Positions 10,071-14,783 of a stretch of 14,783 bases of DNA are shown here, piece by piece. The translations under genes and the position numbers were made by a program. The notes beneath the pieces were generated by a model. The model was not told where the DNA came from and searched no databases. It worked only from the letters and a program-made list of their open reading frames with translations. Every line of letters begins with the position of its first letter. Within the stretch, counting starts at the first letter, position 1. Origin of the DNA: Azolla caroliniana (Eukaryota > Plantae > Polypodiophyta); NCBI GenBank assembly GCA_043228905.1, contig JBHGNT010000840.1:1-14783 (forward strand), written 5' to 3'.

Positions 10071-10958
10071 TATTTTTTAATATTATTTCAATTTTGACAT
10101 TTATTTTACTTTAAAATAACTTTTCCAAAAAACTTAAATAAAATAAAATGGTATCTGTTGATACATAGTATACCCAATTTCCTGTTGAACTATATTTTTT
10201 AATTAGAATTTGTCAAATAAAGTAATTTACTGCCTTTTTTATTTAAAATGTGAAGGTTATTCTAAATTAAAAGAGGTTTTTTTTTAAAGTATTATATTAT
10301 TATATTATTTTGTCATGCATTGTATTTCATCAAGACGTACCAAAACAAGTTGTATTTGAAAAGTCTTAAAATACATTTGCTTCTCAAATATAACAACAGA
10401 TATCAGATTTCTTAGTTAATAATATTTATTTTTGACTACTAATTAATTTATTTTTTTAATATCTTTTTGTTAAAACAGTTTATATGTCTTTGCAAAAATA
10501 TTATTTCAAAATTAAAGACTAGTTATGACCGTCATAAAATAAATAAAAATAAAAAATATTGATTTTTAAAGCATCATATTTTATATAGGACTTTAAAATT
10601 ATGTTTATTAAAAAAACAACTTTTCGTTAAAGCCTCGATAAGTAAACAACATTAAAAAAACTCTTATTACAGCGCTTGTTTGTCTATTGAAAAAAACACA
10701 TACGCCAACGAATATTTTTCAATCGAAATCAATTTGGTTGTTAACGACCCAGTTTACTTAATTAAAATAAAATTGTTTGTGTTTTGAGTGGCACTAGTAA
10801 ATTAAATCAAAACAAAATATATTTTACGAAACTACGTAACAATATTTGCGTTTTATTGTTGTCAGAACAAACAGTTTTTCTCAAGAAATCAGATTAAACA
10901 GCAATTTAACTGAAGTGCACGCAAAAAAAATAAGGAACGTCATAATTGTTGACGAATA

Positions 10959-11034
10959 CTGGTAACAGGGTTGCCAGATTATGGTAAAAGTACGTAGGGG
11001 ATTTTAATATCAATAACCAGATCTGTAACCAGTG
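10959..11034. repeat. Short inverted-repeat element built on a CAGGGTTGCCAGAT motif
   Basis: CAGGGTTGCCAGAT at 10966-10979 with a degenerate reverse copy ATCTG-TAACCAGTG at 11021-11034. An overlapping imperfect palindrome CTGGTAAC-AGG-GTTGCCAG spans 10959-10977. Confidence 0.35.
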
Positions 11035-11892
11035 ACAGTAAGTGTTACCCAAACAGTGACGTAATGTATGTCGATATACATAGATTTGGCTTAATTCCAA
11101 CGTCAAAAAGAAATCAAGCAATTAAACTTATATGACAAAAATAAAATATAACTTAAATCACATGAATAATAAACTAAACACAGCTAAAAAGCCGAATTTT
11201 AAAATGTTGGATTAAATTTTGTTCTTGTCTTTAACGATTGCTTTTCAATAATCACCAATAAAACAAATAATTCATCTTTTTGCATTTGCTCTGGCTATTT
11301 ATAGACTTATATTGTACTTTTAATTTTTTAACATGACAATAATAATTTATAAAAAAAATGGATATTAAAGGTATATGATTAATAATTTATTGGTCAGCTT
11401 AATGACCAGTTAGATAAAATTTATTTTTAAGGAATTAGTTGTAGTAATTTTTTTAAAGGAATTAAAATCTTTTATAAAGTGTATACAGAATATGTATAAC
11501 AATTTGTACCATCCACTTTATTTTAATTTTGATAGATAGCATCTTCAAAAGCTGTTTGATGTCTTTTTCCAGAAAAGTAGGTTAATTAAGATATTGTTTC
11601 TATGTAAACTTTCCCAAAAAAGCTTCCTTATGATGGCGCAGAACGAGTCAGGTTTATAAACTAATGTCTTTGCTTCTATTCCAGTTATAATCTATGACCC
11701 GATATTTACAAAAAATACAATTAAAAGTTGAATATTTTTATTTCTTATTTTAATGTATCGATTTTACCGCCCGGTAGCTTTGTTTTCCAATGGAAATTGC
11801 TTGTTAAATATAAATAGTCAAAAGTATTAAAACAATACTTAATTTAAATTAAAAATCTAAAGACATAAATGGACTTATGTCTTTTGGCTTAC

Positions 11893-12097
11893 CTTACTTA
11901 TAGGAACCACAGCCTGAATATCATCCTTTTGGATTTCGAATCTCGTAGTCGACTTTCTTCCTTCGGTTCGGTGAATTTCCAGCTCGGTATCGTCCTGATG
12001 AGGCTCAAATCTGGCGGTCCAAACGATTCGAGCGCCATCGTATACTTCGGTAGCGTCTTCGGTGATTTCGAGAAGCCACGTAAAAAGTTCCATAACT
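11893..12097 (-). CDS. TMEM132: Internal coding exon (205 nt) of a TMEM132-family transmembrane protein (insect TMEM132/dtn-like), extracellular region
   Basis: Minus strand shows a CTAAG branch-like motif (12121-12117), a pyrimidine tract and acceptor ...cctttatttttttAG| (AG at 12099-12098). Then 1 nt plus 68 codons: VMELFTWLLEITEDATEVYDGARIVWTARFEPHQDDTELEIHRTEGRKSTTRFEIQKDDIQAVVPISK. Donor is AAG|GTAAGC (intron starts 11892). GC content is clearly higher than the flanks. RFEIQKDDIQAVVPISK matches my recollection of the TMEM132 segment just before the conserved NTAVLTG motif (vertebrate-like EIFVSQKDLVGVVPLA). Exon structure is seen directly; the family name is from recall. Confidence 0.85.
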
Positions 12098-12207
12098 CTA
12101 AAAAAATAAAGGACAACTTAGCTTATTAAAGTCAAACGTCTTTTTTTCGTATTTATATTGTATGGTAGAAAAAAAACCGCAATAAAAATTAAAACTTTTT
12201 TCGATTA

Positions 12208-12344
12208 CAGTATAGCTTTATTGTATTGTAAATGATACATTGATTACGGTTTTATGAGTACCAACTATTACGACTTTCTAAGTACTAATATATTTACCAA
12301 ACGATACTTTGGTAAAAATACATTCTATTTTTAAAATTTTACTG
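12208..12344. mobile_element. Short Tc1/mariner/pogo-type MITE remnant (137 bp)
   Basis: TA|CAGTATAGCTTTA ... TAAAATTTTACTG|TA. Ends match 12/15 as inverted repeats including the flanking TA dinucleotides (12206-07, 12345-46). Internal 9-bp hairpin TTTACCAAA/TTTGGTAAA at 12293-12316. Confidence 0.5.
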
Positions 12345-12533
12345 TATTATAGACCGTTATCCGTGGGAGTTTGTCTTCTTGGCGATTAACTTAACCAAGT
12401 GTTCATCTTTAGGGGATAGGTTCCACTAACAATTGAAACTAAACTGGTGGCTAGTTTTTTCCGAAATCCGCCATATCAGAAATACTCTTACTCATTTTAT
12501 TATCATGACCTTCAGATAATTAACCTTTGATTG

Positions 12534-12591
12534 CACTGTCTGATGAGATGTGATATAGTTTGAAACCGATTAAAACATTTGGATAAATAAA
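12534..12591 (+). ncRNA. Degenerate minimal (Penelope-type) hammerhead ribozyme-like motif followed by a polyA signal
   Basis: CTGATGA at 12540-12546, 15-nt spacer, GAAA at 12562-12565, then CCGATTA (cf. palindromic CCGG + UH) and AATAAA at 12586-12591. Stems I-III pair only partly, so it is probably inactive. Confidence 0.45.
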
Positions 12592-13159
12592 ATCTCCCAA
12601 ATATATGTTTGGTCTACCCAAACTTTGGATTTAGATTTAACAATAATATATACGTTAATAGTGTAGCTTTATTAAACTGCAAATATAAGGGTAATTAGGA
12701 TTTTTTAAGTTTTAATTAAAATATTTTTTTATATAAACCTGTGATTAATATATAATTATTTTTGATTCTCTAGGTCTAATTTTTAATTTTCTGTTAAAAC
12801 CTCTGTTTTTAGTATATACCATAAATTTGGCTTTTACCAAGTGTAGACTAAAAACATACACACTTTTAAATAAAACAATGTAACCTTTTACATGGCCTAG
12901 ATTCAACAGTAAATTTATCTGTTATTTTCCGAAAATATCAAACTATAAAAATAAAATTGTACACAATAGAAATAAAACAGACCCAGTCGTCTGTGATATC
13001 GCGACGCCAAAGTTCGTTTATTCATCCTAATGAAATTAATCAATTCGGTTCGACGTGTCCGAATTGCACTACAAGCTAACTGTATTTCTCTTGTTTCGGA
13101 CGAGTTTGTTCTGATTAGTTTTTGTTGCAATCTACAATATTAAATCAGGGTTTGCGATG

Positions 13160-13700
13160 CGATTTATTTAACGTCATGCAACATTTCATTGATCTATACA
13201 TATTATCAAAAAACTTCCACTGTATTTTTATATTAATGGAAGAATTAAATTATAGTAACAGTCTCATCTTGGTTAGTCTAGGATTGGATTTTCTTTGTCT
13301 AAGCTTGGCTTGCTGAGTAAAGGTTTATAATTATTAAGTTATGTGGGTGCACACACAGATTTTTAAATTCGTTGTGCATCAATGGTTTCAAATGAACATA
13401 TATGTGTTGATTATTAACATAATTGAATATCATAATATGGTAAGTAACTTTGTAATCTTAATTTTAATCAGAAAAGCAATATTAATTATATTGTAACTCC
13501 TGTTTCCCAATGTGATTAGACTCCACGTTTAATAACAATGTTATTAATAATCCTATACTGTATTTAATTCTATGCACCCAAACTTGCTTTGGTTAAAATT
13601 TATTTGAGGTTATACAATTGGCAGTAAGAATTTTTTTGTTACTTCTAAATAGTATGCTTGACGCTGTTAATGGATAACCCAAATTCCTGTTGTCTAATAT
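13160..13700 (-). mobile_element. Fragmented RTE-type reverse transcriptase remnant
   Basis: Minus-strand motifs in the expected order with large deletions: IKRGV 13533-13519, WETGVTI 13509-13489, LDKEN 13302-13288, a KVFD-like stretch near 13218-13206, and A(W)TLNK near 13179-13163. Confidence 0.45.
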
Positions 13701-14783
13701 TGTTAACCTTATTGTTTTTTGCTAAAATATTGTTAAACATCTGTTAATTTGATTTAAATAAAGTTGAATTGAATTTAAATTGTATTGGTTAATTTTAAGG
13801 AGATATATTAAAAAAATATATTGCTTAATTACAAACAAACAAGGGTTTCTTTGTGTAGTACACATTTTCTAGCTCAAAACCAAGACCAATTTAAAATAGA
13901 ATTCGAAAAAAGACCTTTTACTAAGACAAAATTTGGAGGAAAAACTTAAATATTCTTGGTTATGTATGCACAACCACATAATAAGTATATTCACCGATAA
14001 AAACTGCCTTCAAATAAATATATGGCATCTGAAAAAATATTTAAATATACCCAAAAAAGCAAAGGCATAAATGTCGTATGCTTTTTTTAATCGCTAATAT
14101 ATTTTTAAAAATTTAATATATGGGTAATGTCACCCCGGTGGCTATTTTTATTTTACAATGATATATAACACTATACGTCTTATCCTTTTTTAAATCTATT
14201 CTAAAAATGTATTTTATGCTTCACATGCTAAAGAAAAGTAAACGGTAAAAGTAATTAAATTATTATAATGTCTTAGAACAACTAAGGATTAAATAAAACC
14301 ATGAAGCATAACAACTTTAAAAAAGTTCACAAATTAGAAGTTCCCCTTAAAATCGCTACTCTTAAATATATTAAAATTGTCTATAAATGCCTTTTAGGAA
14401 TGCAATTTTTCTTCTTAATTTTAATATTATTGCCAGCACGAATACCTGAATTTTATCATAACTTTGGAATATTTCGATTTCATAAAAAAATGGGTGTTTA
14501 CCAAAAATTATTGGGAGCTAAGGATATATTATCCACGCTTAAATAATTTTCTTAATTGATTAATCTACGACACGCCATTTTTTACATGGAATATTTTATA
14601 TTTTGTTACACCATATTTTGATTTAATGTAAAATAAAATATCCCTACACTGTTTTTATTCAATTAAAACGATTGATATTTATTTCAAAATATTTATAGGA
14701 ATCATTTAAACACACGGCAAGTTGCATGTGTTTTATTTAATAAAATTTATTTTCACACCTTATTATGTTGCGTCATGCTGTTT

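Larger units (their letters stand above)
8174..10222 (+). repeat. Composite tandem repeat, unit ~405 bp (AT-rich module plus RTE LINE 3' fragment); one full and three partial units, interrupted by the hAT element
   Basis: Anchors: CCAAAAAACTTAAATAAAA at 8220, 8624, 10125; AAGATAGGCAGGC at 8341, 8748, 9853; TCATGGGTTGGTATTTTT at 8551, 10060. Approximate units: 8174-8573, 8574-8761, 9829-10071, 10072-10222. Confidence 0.9.
1..11892 (-). other. Large intron (>11.8 kb) downstream of the exon, continuing past the window start
   Basis: Starts with GTAAGC at 11892 on the minus strand. I found no exon encoding the expected continuation (approximately NWEVxNTAVLTG). The region is TE remnants and AT-rich DNA. 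Confidence 0.7.
12098..14783 (-). other. Intron upstream of the exon, continuing past the window end
   Basis: Ends in a pyrimidine tract plus AG at 12099-12098. No convincing upstream exon seen; a very small exon cannot be excluded. Confidence 0.6.

Noticed and set aside
8174-10222. CRISPR-like or prokaryotic defence-system reading of the recurring blocks
   Set aside because: Whole units are homologous rather than repeats with unique spacers; the context is eukaryotic and spliceosomal, with no cas or operon-like genes.
10906-11121. 71-aa minus-strand ORF as the next TMEM132 exon
   Set aside because: Does not encode the expected NTAVLTG region and lacks convincing splice boundaries.
12915-13316. 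ORFs 12915-13130 (-) and 13122-13316 (+)
   Set aside because: No recognisable protein; they partly overlap the decayed RTE remnant.
13850-14600. Repeat-like AT-rich stretch including ORF 14301-14546
   Set aside because: Resembles old non-autonomous DNA-element sequence, but I could not define ends, TSDs or a second copy.

Overview
AT-rich eukaryotic DNA that looks like an insect genome (beetle-like; inferred from composition and repeat types). The window is almost entirely intron of one minus-strand gene. Its only convincing exon is 205 nt (12097-11893) and encodes part of a TMEM132-family (Drosophila dtn-like) membrane protein. The introns hold decayed transposons: several RTE-type LINE remnants, two probable Penelope-like remnants, degenerate hammerhead-like motifs, a small TA-flanked MITE, and a truncated intron-containing hAT transposon. 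The hAT sits inside a ~405-bp composite tandem repeat that is partly built from an RTE 3' end. I found no intact novel multi-gene system. The most notable items are the nested tandem-repeat/hAT structure (8174-10222) and the hammerhead-like motifs near the exon. All family calls come from manual translation and remembered consensus motifs; no database search was run.
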